This document shows, piece by piece, positions 38,872-46,994 of a stretch of 64,000 bases of DNA. The notes below the pieces were generated by a model. That model was given only the letters and a program-made list of their open reading frames with translations. It did not search any database and was not told where the DNA came from. Each line of letters begins with the position of its first letter. The stretch's first letter is position 1. The translations under genes were made by a program, and so were the position numbers. Source of the DNA: Treponemataceae bacterium (GTDB taxonomy: Bacteria; Spirochaetota; Spirochaetia; Treponematales; Rectinemataceae). The DNA lies in NCBI GenBank assembly GCA_963677895.2, contig CAXXGJ010000038.1, positions 512,001-576,000 on the forward strand. The letters run 5' to 3'.

Positions 38872-39140
38872 CGCTCCTGCTTATTCTCTGCTGACTTCAA
38901 TTCCGCCGCCCATTCGAAGATGAAATGCTCGTATGCGGCGATCGTCGCGGATGAGACGATATCGCCCAGTTCTCCTCTGCCCAGCCAGTCGTTCCCCTCG
39001 AGGACATACTGATGTTCAAGGGCGGCCCTCGCGTCCTCGAGCGTGAATCCGGGATCGACGCGCCTGTGGTTTTCCAGCCCCTTGAGCGTGCTTTCAAACA
39101 ATTCTTCTTTTTTCTCTTCACGCCAATCAGTCGATGACAT
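38868..39140 (-). CDS. Small hypothetical protein (90 aa)
   Basis: GGAG SD, own promoter (TTTACA-N17-TATACT, 39218-39246), stop overlaps the GNAT start. Confidence 0.65.
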   Translation of the reverse strand: MSSTDWREEKKEELFESTLKGLENHRRVDPGFTLEDARAALEHQYVLEGNDWLGRGELGDIVSSATIAAYEHFIFEWAAELKSAENKQER

Positions 39141-39268
39141 CGATGCTCCGGAAAACCAGGATTTATGGAAGAAGCCGGCATCCCCGAAGAATGCGTCCTT
39201 CCTCTTTTTCTCGCGGAAGTATAGCGGCGCGTTCATCAATTGTAAAGCAGAGCAGGATTCAAAAGGCC

Positions 39269-39298
39269 TTGACTAAGTCCCGCGCGAGCAGGTATAAA
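39269..39298 (+). promoter_or_regulatory. tRNA-Met promoter
   Basis: TTGACT-N18-TATAAA. Confidence 0.55.
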
Positions 39299-39310
39299 TC
39301 TTCCGTCCAT

Positions 39311-39383
39311 GGCGAGGTAGCTCAGTTGGCAGAGCAAGCGGCTCATATCCGCTGGGTCGTGGGTTCAATCCCCTCCCTCGCTA
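39311..39383 (+). tRNA. tRNA-Met(CAT), probably elongator; CCA not encoded
   Basis: Acceptor GGCGAGG/CCTCGCT, D arm GCTC/GAGC, anticodon arm AGCGG-CTCATAT-CCGCT, TTCAATC loop. There is no C1:A72 mismatch, so it is not the initiator; Ile2 is not fully excluded. Confidence 0.92.
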
Positions 39384-39392
39384 CCTATATTC

Positions 39393-39422
39393 AAGGTCCT
39401 CATTGTGAGGGCCTTTTTTTTT
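39393..39422 (+). terminator. Intrinsic terminator after tRNA-Met
   Basis: AAGGTCCTCA-TTG-TGAGGGCCTT followed by a T run. Confidence 0.85.
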
Positions 39423-39438
39423 GTATATACTCCCCCGC

Positions 39439-40305
39439 ATGGAATCTTCCAGAATCAAGCCAAAACCGGAATGGATCAAAGTCAGACTCCCCGCCGGCAA
39501 TGAATGGAAAAAAGTCGACGATATCTTGGCCAAGCATGGCCTCCATACCGTCTGCGATGAAGCGCGCTGCCCGAACAAGGGCGAATGCTGGGGCTGCGGA
39601 ACCGCGACCTTCATGGTGCTGGGCGACATCTGCACGAGAGGATGCCGGTTCTGTGCGGTGGAAACGGCCAGAAACGGCAGACCGCTGAGATCCGACGAAC
39701 CCGAGGCCCTCGCCCGGGCGGTGAGCGAGATGGGCCTCTCCTATGCCGTGATCACCTCGGTGGACAGGGACGACCTTCCCGACCGGGGCGCGGCTCACTT
39801 TGCCCTGTGCATCGACGCCATCCGAAGAACGGCGGCCGCTGCCAGGATAGAGGTGCTCATTCCCGACTTCATCGATCAGGAACTAACCGTGATAGCGGCT
39901 TCGCGGCCTGATGTGCTCGCCCACAACGTGGAGACGGTTCGGAGGCTCCAGCATGTCAGGGATGGCCGGGCCAGCTTCGACAGAAGTCTTAAAACCCTAA
40001 GGCAGGCCAAGGAATCAGGTGTCCAGGCGACGAAATCCAGCATTCTTCTCGGCCTAGGGGAAACCAGGGATGAGCTCAAGACGACCTATGCCGAACTGAG
40101 GGATGCGGGAGTGGATATCCTCGTCATGGGACAGTACCTCCAGCCCTCAGCGCGGCAGATTCCCGTGGCCGAATACCTGCATCCCGACACCTTCGCCCTC
40201 TATGCCGAAGACGCGCGGGCCGCCGGTTTCTCGACTGTCGTGGCCGCCCCCTTCGCCAGGACGAGCTACCATGCCTACGACGCGTGGAAGGCGAAGCTCG
40301 GATGA
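39439..40305 (+). CDS. lipA: Lipoyl synthase
   Basis: CDEARCPNKGEC (CX4CX5C), CTRGCRFC, TSVDRDD, HNVETV, GQYLQP, RTSY. Confidence 0.96.
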   Translation: MESSRIKPKPEWIKVRLPAGNEWKKVDDILAKHGLHTVCDEARCPNKGECWGCGTATFMVLGDICTRGCRFCAVETARNGRPLRSDEPEALARAVSEMGLSYAVITSVDRDDLPDRGAAHFALCIDAIRRTAAAARIEVLIPDFIDQELTVIAASRPDVLAHNVETVRRLQHVRDGRASFDRSLKTLRQAKESGVQATKSSILLGLGETRDELKTTYAELRDAGVDILVMGQYLQPSARQIPVAEYLHPDTFALYAEDARAAGFSTVVAAPFARTSYHAYDAWKAKLG

Positions 40306-40622
40306 AAATTGAAGCAGTGGGCAAACCGGCAGGCTGTAAGCTGCTGAGGATATCAGCCGAATTGACGGAGCCGGTGAATGACGACTGCGTCGTGAGAGCC
40401 ATCTCCATACGCGGCGATTTTTTCGCGATTCCGGAAGAAAAATTCGAAATTGCGGAATCGCGGCTTCGCGGAACGGCATTGGGAAAAATCGGCGATGTCT
40501 TCGACGCGGAAATCCGGAATTTGGGCATTCAGGTCATGGGCATTTCCGGTCAGGGCATTCTGGCGACCATAAGAGGCGCAATCGATGAAACATCCATTCA
40601 GAATACTGCAAACAGGGCTTAA
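40302..40622 (+). CDS. Stand-alone lipoate-protein ligase C-terminal domain (LplB-like)
   Basis: KPAGCKLLRI...ISIRGDFFAIPEE...ESRLRG pattern; overlaps both lipA and the ligase gene. Confidence 0.7.
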   Translation: MKIEAVGKPAGCKLLRISAELTEPVNDDCVVRAISIRGDFFAIPEEKFEIAESRLRGTALGKIGDVFDAEIRNLGIQVMGISGQGILATIRGAIDETSIQNTANRA

Positions 40623-41349
40623 CGACGCGTTTTTCAATATGGGACTCGACGAGGCGATACTGGGATCCGTCGCGGACTCCGCCGCCATACCCACGCTCAG
40701 ACTATACGGCTGGAAACCCTCCGCCATTTCGCTCGGCTATTTCCAGGGCATAGCCGATGAGATCGACATAGAAGCCTGCGAGAGACAAAACGTCGACATC
40801 GTGCGCCGCATCACCGGGGGCGGCGCCGTCTTCCATGACGCCGAAGTGACCTACAGCATAGTAATTCCTGAGGGGCATCCCTTGGCCCCCTCCTCCATCC
40901 TCGATTCCTATTCCATCATCTGCTCGGGCATTATCCAAGGCCTAAGGGAGCTTGGCATTGAAGCGGAATTCGCGCCCATCAACGATATCGTGAGCGGCGG
41001 CAGGAAAATTTCCGGCAACGCGCAGACGCGAAAGCGCGGCTGCCTCCTTCAGCATGGCACCGTGCTGCTCCAGGTCGACGTGGACAACATGTTTACCCTC
41101 TTGAAAGTGCCCAAAGAAAAAGCTTTGGGCAAAATGATCGAAGACGTGAAAGCCAGGGTCACGTCGGTATCGGCCATCCTTCGCAGGGAAATTTCTTTCG
41201 AGGAAGCGGCGGAGGCGATGCGGACCGGCTTTCTGCGCGCCCTCGACATGGATGCGCGGGAAGAAGAACCCAGACCGGAGGAATTGGCCAAGGCGGCGGA
41301 ACTGTCCGCGACAAAATTCCGTGCCAGGGAATGGATCTATAAACGGTGA
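40585..41349 (+). CDS. Lipoate-protein ligase catalytic domain (LplA-N/LipM-like)
   Basis: NMGLDEA, RRITGGGAVFH, NDI..GRKISGNAQ, QHGT; no C-terminal domain. Confidence 0.9.
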   Translation: MKHPFRILQTGLNDAFFNMGLDEAILGSVADSAAIPTLRLYGWKPSAISLGYFQGIADEIDIEACERQNVDIVRRITGGGAVFHDAEVTYSIVIPEGHPLAPSSILDSYSIICSGIIQGLRELGIEAEFAPINDIVSGGRKISGNAQTRKRGCLLQHGTVLLQVDVDNMFTLLKVPKEKALGKMIEDVKARVTSVSAILRREISFEEAAEAMRTGFLRALDMDAREEEPRPEELAKAAELSATKFRAREWIYKR

Positions 41350-42005
41350 TGCCGATGAAATGTTCGATCTGCGGCGAGCCGATGAAGGTTTTTTCCCTGT
41401 CGACGAAAAAATCCACGCTCGCCTACCATCGCTGCGAGCGCTGCGGTTTTATATGTCTAGGAAAACAACACCTCGTCACCCAAGCTGAGGAGAAAGCGCG
41501 TTATCTGCTTCACCGGAACGACATGTCCAATCCGGGGTACGTGGCGTTTCTGCGTTCTTTCATCATGAAAGCGATCGCTCCTTTCAAGGCTCCGGGCCGC
41601 CTTGTCCTGGATTTCGGTTCGGGACCGGCTCCCGTCCTTGCCCGCATGCTCGAAGAAGCGGGCTATCGCTGCGACGTGCACGATCCAGTCTTCGCGAAAA
41701 CAAGATTGTGGAAAAAGCGTCGTTACGACGCGATTTTGCTCCACGAGGTGGCGGAGCATATGCGAAGCCCAGGAACCACGCTCGCCTTCCTCACGACCCT
41801 TGTCGATGAAGGCGGCATAATCGCCATCCGCACCCGCTTCCTGCCGGAATCCATGGAAGACTTCGGCCCGTGGTGGTACCGGATGGATCCGACGCACGTG
41901 AGTTTTTATACGGTTCGCTGCCTTGTGGATTTTTTCGCGGCGCGGGGATTCTCCGTTCTCAGTCTGTCCGCGCCCGACATCATCGTTTTCCAGATGGTCA
42001 ATTGA
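41346..42005 (+). CDS. Class I SAM-dependent methyltransferase with an N-terminal zinc ribbon
   Basis: CSIC...CERC, LDFGSGP, EVAEH, WWYRMDPTHVSFY. Confidence 0.85.
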   Translation: MMPMKCSICGEPMKVFSLSTKKSTLAYHRCERCGFICLGKQHLVTQAEEKARYLLHRNDMSNPGYVAFLRSFIMKAIAPFKAPGRLVLDFGSGPAPVLARMLEEAGYRCDVHDPVFAKTRLWKKRRYDAILLHEVAEHMRSPGTTLAFLTTLVDEGGIIAIRTRFLPESMEDFGPWWYRMDPTHVSFYTVRCLVDFFAARGFSVLSLSAPDIIVFQMVN

Positions 42006-42029
42006 CTTCGGAATTCTTTCTGCTACAAT
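42002..42029 (+). promoter_or_regulatory. Promoter of the HK/HD-GYP operon
   Basis: TTGACT-N16-TACAAT with an extended TG. Confidence 0.6.
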
Positions 42030-42081
42030 TAGTCCGTTCTTCGTTCCGCGCCGAGAATCGCTGAACGCCCAAAGGAACAGT

Positions 42082-43770
42082 ATGGCGATTTCGATCCTCC
42101 AGAATATATCCCTCATTATTTCCATCGCCGTCATCTATCACCTCATAGCGCGAAAACTCCGCGGCAAGCGGGTAATTGTATCACTGCTCAATGGTTTGCT
42201 CTTCAGTTTCGCCACGATCATAACGATGCTCGTTTCCTTTCGCTTCGCCCAAGGCATCATCTACGATGGACGAACGATCCTGCTGACGATCGCCGGTCTT
42301 TTTGGCGGTCCGATCGTCCTGGGATTCGCGACGCTGACTTCTGTCATATTCCGTTTTTTCATCATAGGGGGGAGCGGCCGCGTCGTCGGGGTCCTTACCA
42401 TCGTCATTGCGTCAGGCATAGGCCTCTGCGCCTACATCTGGAGAAAACAGATCCGAAAACCCTTGAATGCCTGGAGAATCATGGCGATCGGCTATTCGGT
42501 CCACCTGCTTATGCTCTTCGCTCAGCTATTGCTGCCCGATCAGCGCTGGAAAGAAATCATCCCCGCGATCGCCCTTCCGGTTCTTCTCTTTTATCCTCTC
42601 GCTTTTTTCCTGATCTGCCAACTCTTCATCGAAAACGAGGAGCGCGAGAAGAACCAGGCGATGCTCGAGGAATCCGAGGCCCGCTATAAGCTTCTGTTCC
42701 AGAACCATCGGTCGATCATGCTGCTGATCGACCATGAAACCGGACGGATTGTCGACGCGAACCCCGCCGCCGAGGCTTTCTATGGCTGGACGAGACAGGT
42801 ACTTCTCTCGAAAAACATCGCCGAAATTAACACCCTGCCAGCCGATCAGCTTCGCGACAGGCTGAACCAGGCGCTTGAGCGAAACGATAACGCTTTCATT
42901 TTCAAACACCGAAGAGCTTCGGGAGACATCAGGGATGTCGAAGTCTTCGCGGGACCCATCGAGTATTCCGGCAAGAAGCTCTTATATTCCATCGTGCATG
43001 ACGCCACGGCCAGAATAAAAGCGGAGAACGAGGTGAGGGAGCTGAATCAGTCGCTGGAAAACCAGGTCGCCAGACGCACCGAGCAGCTTCAGGAAGCCAA
43101 TGGGGAACTGGAAGCCTTTGTCTATTCGGTTTCCCACGATCTTCGGGCTCCCCTGCGCGCGATGGAAGGTTTCGGGGTCTTATTGGGAGAAGATACGGAG
43201 AGCCGGCTTTCGGAAACCTCGAAGCACTATATCGACAGGATACGATACAACGTCAAGAAAATGAGCCAGCTCATCGACGATCTGCTTCGTCTGTCGAGAA
43301 TCGCCCGCCAAACGCTGACATACTCTAGCGTCGACCTTACGCGGCTCGCGAGGGAAAGCGTGGAGGAAATGTCGGTTCGTTTTCCGGGCAGGAAGCTATT
43401 TGTATCCATTCAGGAAGGTCTGTCGGTCAAGGCCGACAAAGCCCTCATGGAATTGATGCTTCTCAATCTTTTCGAGAACGCGTGGAAATTCACATCCGCC
43501 GTCCCCGAGGCCGCCGTCGTCTTCGGCGCCGCTGACATCGACGATGAGCGAGTCTATTCAATACGGGATAATGGCATCGGATTCGATATGGCCTACGCTG
43601 ACAAACTCTTCACGCCCTTTCAGCGGCTGCATTCCGAACAGGAGTACGGCGGATCGGGCATCGGGCTCAGTATCGCGCGAAGGATCGTCACCAGGCATGG
43701 AGGCAGGATATGGGTCGAGGCGGCACCCGATAAGGGCGCGACATTCTATTTCACCCTTGGAGACAGATGA
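42082..43770 (+). CDS. Sensor histidine kinase: LytS-type 5TM receptor, PAS, HisKA, HATPase
   Basis: GIIYDGR..GLFGGP membrane domain, PAS (ANPAAEAFYGW), SVSHDLRAPLR, NLFENAWKF, DNGIGF, GSGIGLS. Confidence 0.92.
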   Translation: MAISILQNISLIISIAVIYHLIARKLRGKRVIVSLLNGLLFSFATIITMLVSFRFAQGIIYDGRTILLTIAGLFGGPIVLGFATLTSVIFRFFIIGGSGRVVGVLTIVIASGIGLCAYIWRKQIRKPLNAWRIMAIGYSVHLLMLFAQLLLPDQRWKEIIPAIALPVLLFYPLAFFLICQLFIENEEREKNQAMLEESEARYKLLFQNHRSIMLLIDHETGRIVDANPAAEAFYGWTRQVLLSKNIAEINTLPADQLRDRLNQALERNDNAFIFKHRRASGDIRDVEVFAGPIEYSGKKLLYSIVHDATARIKAENEVRELNQSLENQVARRTEQLQEANGELEAFVYSVSHDLRAPLRAMEGFGVLLGEDTESRLSETSKHYIDRIRYNVKKMSQLIDDLLRLSRIARQTLTYSSVDLTRLARESVEEMSVRFPGRKLFVSIQEGLSVKADKALMELMLLNLFENAWKFTSAVPEAAVVFGAADIDDERVYSIRDNGIGFDMAYADKLFTPFQRLHSEQEYGGSGIGLSIARRIVTRHGGRIWVEAAPDKGATFYFTLGDR

Positions 43771-46001
43771 TGCCTTCCAATAATCAACATGACAGATCCT
43801 TCCGAATACTTGTCATCGAAGACAATCCCGATGACGCTTTTCTCGTCCTGCATACCTTGAAAGCCAATTTCCCAAGCGCGGAATGCTTCCACGTGCAGGG
43901 CCGTAAAGAGCTGGAGACGTTTTTAGCCCTTCCCCAAAAGCCCGACATCATCCTCTCGGATTGGTCTCTTCCGCAGTTCAATGGCTTGGCCGCCCTGGAG
44001 ATGGTCAAACGAAGAGGCATCGATGTTCCCTTCATCATCGTATCGGGTAAAATCGGGGAAGAAGCCGCGATTTTGGCCATCAAGCAGGGCGTGTACGATT
44101 ATGTCCTTAAGGACAATCTCGCGAGGCTTCCCACGGCGATACATCATGCCCTCGATTATCATCAGAACGAGAAAAAAGCCAAAATCGTCAACGCGCTCAT
44201 AACCCTCCAGGCGACAGCGTTGAAGGTTGCCCCGGCCGCCATAGCGGTCTTCAGCGCGGCGGGCACGATCGAATGGATCAACCCGGCTTTCGAGGAACTG
44301 ACCGGCTATACCAGCGATGATCTGCTGGGCAGTGCTTTTTGCACAACCTGCAGCGCTCTTGGCTACCAGCGGCTGGAATCCATACGCGACAATCCCTTCG
44401 ATATGAAAGAACAGGTGGTCTGCAGCGTCAACAAAAAGAAAAACGGAGAGTTTTATTTCGAGGAAGAAAAATTCTGCCCGGTTTTCGATCAGGACGGAAA
44501 GCTCTCTCATATCGTCGTCATCAAGAAAGATATATCGGCCTCGGAACAGAAGAAAAAGGAAATGGAACAGGATCTGTGGCTATCCACTTCCCTGGGGCAG
44601 TCCAAGAGCCTCGAAGGAATTTGCCAGAACGCGGCGGCTTATTTGAAGGAACAATATTCCGACATTCAGTCCGGCATCTGTCTCTGCGCCGACGGGAATT
44701 CCGGCAAGGGGAAATGGTTCGGCGAGAAGCCGGAAGATTCACGCTCCGCGGGATCCGGAACCTTCAGCCGCCTTATGACCATGGGAGAAGAAAAGATAGG
44801 ACAGATCCTGATCCGCTATCCAATAGATTCCCCTCTGGATATGGAAAAACTTTTCGATTCCCTGGCCAGACAACTGGAAGTCGCGCTGCAAAGCGTGCTG
44901 GCTCAGCAGAAAATATCGGCGCAGATAAGGAATATATCCTTCCTGAAGCTTATCAGCCGCACGATCAGCAGCGATATGGACTTCGAAATGGTCATGGAAC
45001 CGTTACTCCGACAAACACAGAAATTCCTGGACAGCGACGCCGTCGCTCTTTATCTGAACGACAAGGAAAGCGGCCTTTTGATATGTCGGGCACAGAGCGG
45101 ATTCCGGACCGGCCTCATCGAAAACGCCAAAGTCCGCTATGGCCAGCCTTATGTCGGGATAGCCGCCGAGGAACAGCGAATCGTATCGATTTCCCACCTG
45201 GAGAGTCTCAACGGCCAAAAAGAATTCGATGCCCTCATCCGTGCCGAAGCCTTTGAATCCCAACAATGCGCTCCAATCATCATCGCCGGGAAAACAACCG
45301 GCGTCCTTGAGACTTTCCAGCGAAAACCCTTCAACGCAAGTCCCGAATGGATGATTCTTTTCGACGCCATCGCGACGCAGACCGGTCTTGCGCTGGATTA
45401 CAATTCGATCTACGCGGATCTGCAGCATGCCTATCTGGATCTGGAGCTTTCCTACGAAGCGACCATCGAAGGCTGGTCGGCCGCCATGGATTACCGGGAT
45501 CAGGAGACCGAAGGACATTCGAAACGCGTCACTTCGCTGGCGCTCTCCCTGGCCGCACGTCTGGGCATTCCGGAAGAGGAGATCGCCACCATCAGCCGCG
45601 GCGCCCTGCTTCACGATGTCGGGAAAATTGGCATTCCCGACAGCATCCTGAAAAAGCCCGGCCAGCTGGATGAGGAAGAATGGAAGCTCATGAAAACGCA
45701 TCCGCTCATCGCCTACAATATGCTGTCGCGAATCCCCTATCTGAAGGAAAGCCTCGTCATACCGCTCTACCATCATGAAAAATGGGACGGCAGCGGGTAT
45801 CCCGAGGGTCTGAAGGGCGAGAGGATACCCCTAGCCGCCCGGATATTCTCCGTGATAGACGTATTCGACGCGCTGACCAGCGACAGGCCGTACCGAAAGG
45901 CATGGAGCAAAGAGAAAACGATGGACTATATACGAGAGCAAGCCGGCCGGCATTTCGATCCCGCTATAGTCAATGCGTTCGTCTCCATGCTGGATGGCTG
46001 A
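43767..46001 (+). CDS. REC-PAS-GAF-HD-GYP cyclic-dinucleotide phosphodiesterase
   Basis: IEDNPDD, ILSDW (phospho-Asp), PAS, GAF, ETEGHSKRV, LHDVGKIG, HHEKWDGSGYP, DVFDALTSDRPY. Confidence 0.92.
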   Translation: MMPSNNQHDRSFRILVIEDNPDDAFLVLHTLKANFPSAECFHVQGRKELETFLALPQKPDIILSDWSLPQFNGLAALEMVKRRGIDVPFIIVSGKIGEEAAILAIKQGVYDYVLKDNLARLPTAIHHALDYHQNEKKAKIVNALITLQATALKVAPAAIAVFSAAGTIEWINPAFEELTGYTSDDLLGSAFCTTCSALGYQRLESIRDNPFDMKEQVVCSVNKKKNGEFYFEEEKFCPVFDQDGKLSHIVVIKKDISASEQKKKEMEQDLWLSTSLGQSKSLEGICQNAAAYLKEQYSDIQSGICLCADGNSGKGKWFGEKPEDSRSAGSGTFSRLMTMGEEKIGQILIRYPIDSPLDMEKLFDSLARQLEVALQSVLAQQKISAQIRNISFLKLISRTISSDMDFEMVMEPLLRQTQKFLDSDAVALYLNDKESGLLICRAQSGFRTGLIENAKVRYGQPYVGIAAEEQRIVSISHLESLNGQKEFDALIRAEAFESQQCAPIIIAGKTTGVLETFQRKPFNASPEWMILFDAIATQTGLALDYNSIYADLQHAYLDLELSYEATIEGWSAAMDYRDQETEGHSKRVTSLALSLAARLGIPEEEIATISRGALLHDVGKIGIPDSILKKPGQLDEEEWKLMKTHPLIAYNMLSRIPYLKESLVIPLYHHEKWDGSGYPEGLKGERIPLAARIFSVIDVFDALTSDRPYRKAWSKEKTMDYIREQAGRHFDPAIVNAFVSMLDG

Positions 46002-46026
46002 ATTCTCCGCTTCAAAGAAGGAAAAG

Positions 46027-46713
46027 ATGAAAGACCCTCTCACCAAGGATAAAATCACCACAGCGACGCCAGCGTTCATTTTTCTGGCCATTTTCTATGC
46101 CGCCCTGCTGATCATCTCGAACATCACGGTGGTCAAGCTCGTCCGCGTCGGTCCGTTTTTACTGACCGCCGCCTTCTTCACCTACCCCCTTGTCTATGTC
46201 ATTTCCGATATCATGACGGAAATCTACGGCTATCATTTATCGATGAAGGCGATCTGGGCGAATTTCTCGGCGCAGGCGTTGATCGCCATCATCTTGTCGC
46301 TGACGATTCGGCTCCGCGGCATCGACGATTCGATCCAGAACGCGATGACAGTCCTTTTTTCGACGACGTGGCGGATCGCCGCTGGATCGTTGGTGGCGTA
46401 CTGGGTCGGGGATTGGCTGAATTCCCTTGTCCTTTCAAAAATGAAGGTCGCGCAGAAAGGCCGGCACTTTTTTTTGCGGGCGATGGCTTCGAGCCTCCCC
46501 GCCCACATGATCGATACGGCGCTCTTCAATATCCTGGCTTTTTCCGGCGTTTGGACCCCCGGCCAGATACTGCAGAACACGCTCTCCGAATCGTCCCTGG
46601 CCTCCGCCTATGAGCTTTTGATCTTCCCGATCACCTTCGTCGTGGTTCGCTGGTGGAAAAAAATCGAAAAGACTGACGTCTATGACGATGGGATCAGCTA
46701 TCGGCCTTTCTAA
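46027..46713 (+). CDS. Queuosine precursor transporter (YhhQ/VUT family)
   Basis: ISNITVVK, SDIMTEIYG, RIAAGSLVAY, IDTALF; multi-TM. Confidence 0.85.
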   Translation: MKDPLTKDKITTATPAFIFLAIFYAALLIISNITVVKLVRVGPFLLTAAFFTYPLVYVISDIMTEIYGYHLSMKAIWANFSAQALIAIILSLTIRLRGIDDSIQNAMTVLFSTTWRIAAGSLVAYWVGDWLNSLVLSKMKVAQKGRHFFLRAMASSLPAHMIDTALFNILAFSGVWTPGQILQNTLSESSLASAYELLIFPITFVVVRWWKKIEKTDVYDDGISYRPF

Positions 46714-46731
46714 GGTCAAAAAGACAACAAA

Positions 46732-46809
46732 TTCAGGTAAATCGACGAACCGGTAGGTTCGTCGCCGTCCATTTCAGGTAAATCGACGAACCGAAGGTTC
46801 GTCGCCGTC
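46732..46809. repeat. Two direct repeats (38 and 37 bp), each containing a 9-bp hairpin (REP-like)
   Basis: TTCAGGTAAAT-CGACGAACC-(GGTA or GAA)-GGTTCGTCG-CCGTC at 46732-46769 and 46773-46809. Confidence 0.9.
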
Positions 46810-46853
46810 AAATAAAAAGGGCCACCCTGTCGGGTGACCCTTTTTATTTGACG
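46806..46853. terminator. Bidirectional intrinsic terminator between yhhQ and tRNA-Asn
   Basis: CGTCAAATAAAAAGGGCCACCC-TGTC-GGGTGACCCTTTTTATTTGACG. Confidence 0.85.
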
Positions 46854-46926
46854 CTCCCCCGCCCGGGTTCGAACCAGGGACCCAGTGGTTAACAGCCACT
46901 TGCTCTGCCAGCTGAGCTACAGGGGA
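46854..46926 (-). tRNA. tRNA-Asn(GTT); CCA not encoded
   Basis: Minus strand TCCCCTGTAGCTCAGCTGGCAGAGCAAGTGG-CTGTTAA-CCACTGGGTCCCTGGTTCGAACCCGGGCGGGGGAG. Confidence 0.96.
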
Positions 46927-46957
46927 AAGCTGTTGGATACTCTCCAAAAGCGAGTGA

Positions 46958-46986
46958 AATTTAACGCCTTCTCATGGCTTTGTCAA
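46958..46986 (-). promoter_or_regulatory. tRNA-Asn promoter
   Basis: TTGACA-N17-TAAATT. Confidence 0.7.
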
Positions 46987-46994
46987 TAGGAATC

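Noticed and set aside
46002..46026. preQ1 riboswitch before the YhhQ-like gene
   Set aside because: Only 25 nt of intergenic sequence, with no preQ1 stem-loop.
46732..46809. Mini CRISPR array
   Set aside because: Only two units, 3 nt apart; no spacers and no cas genes.
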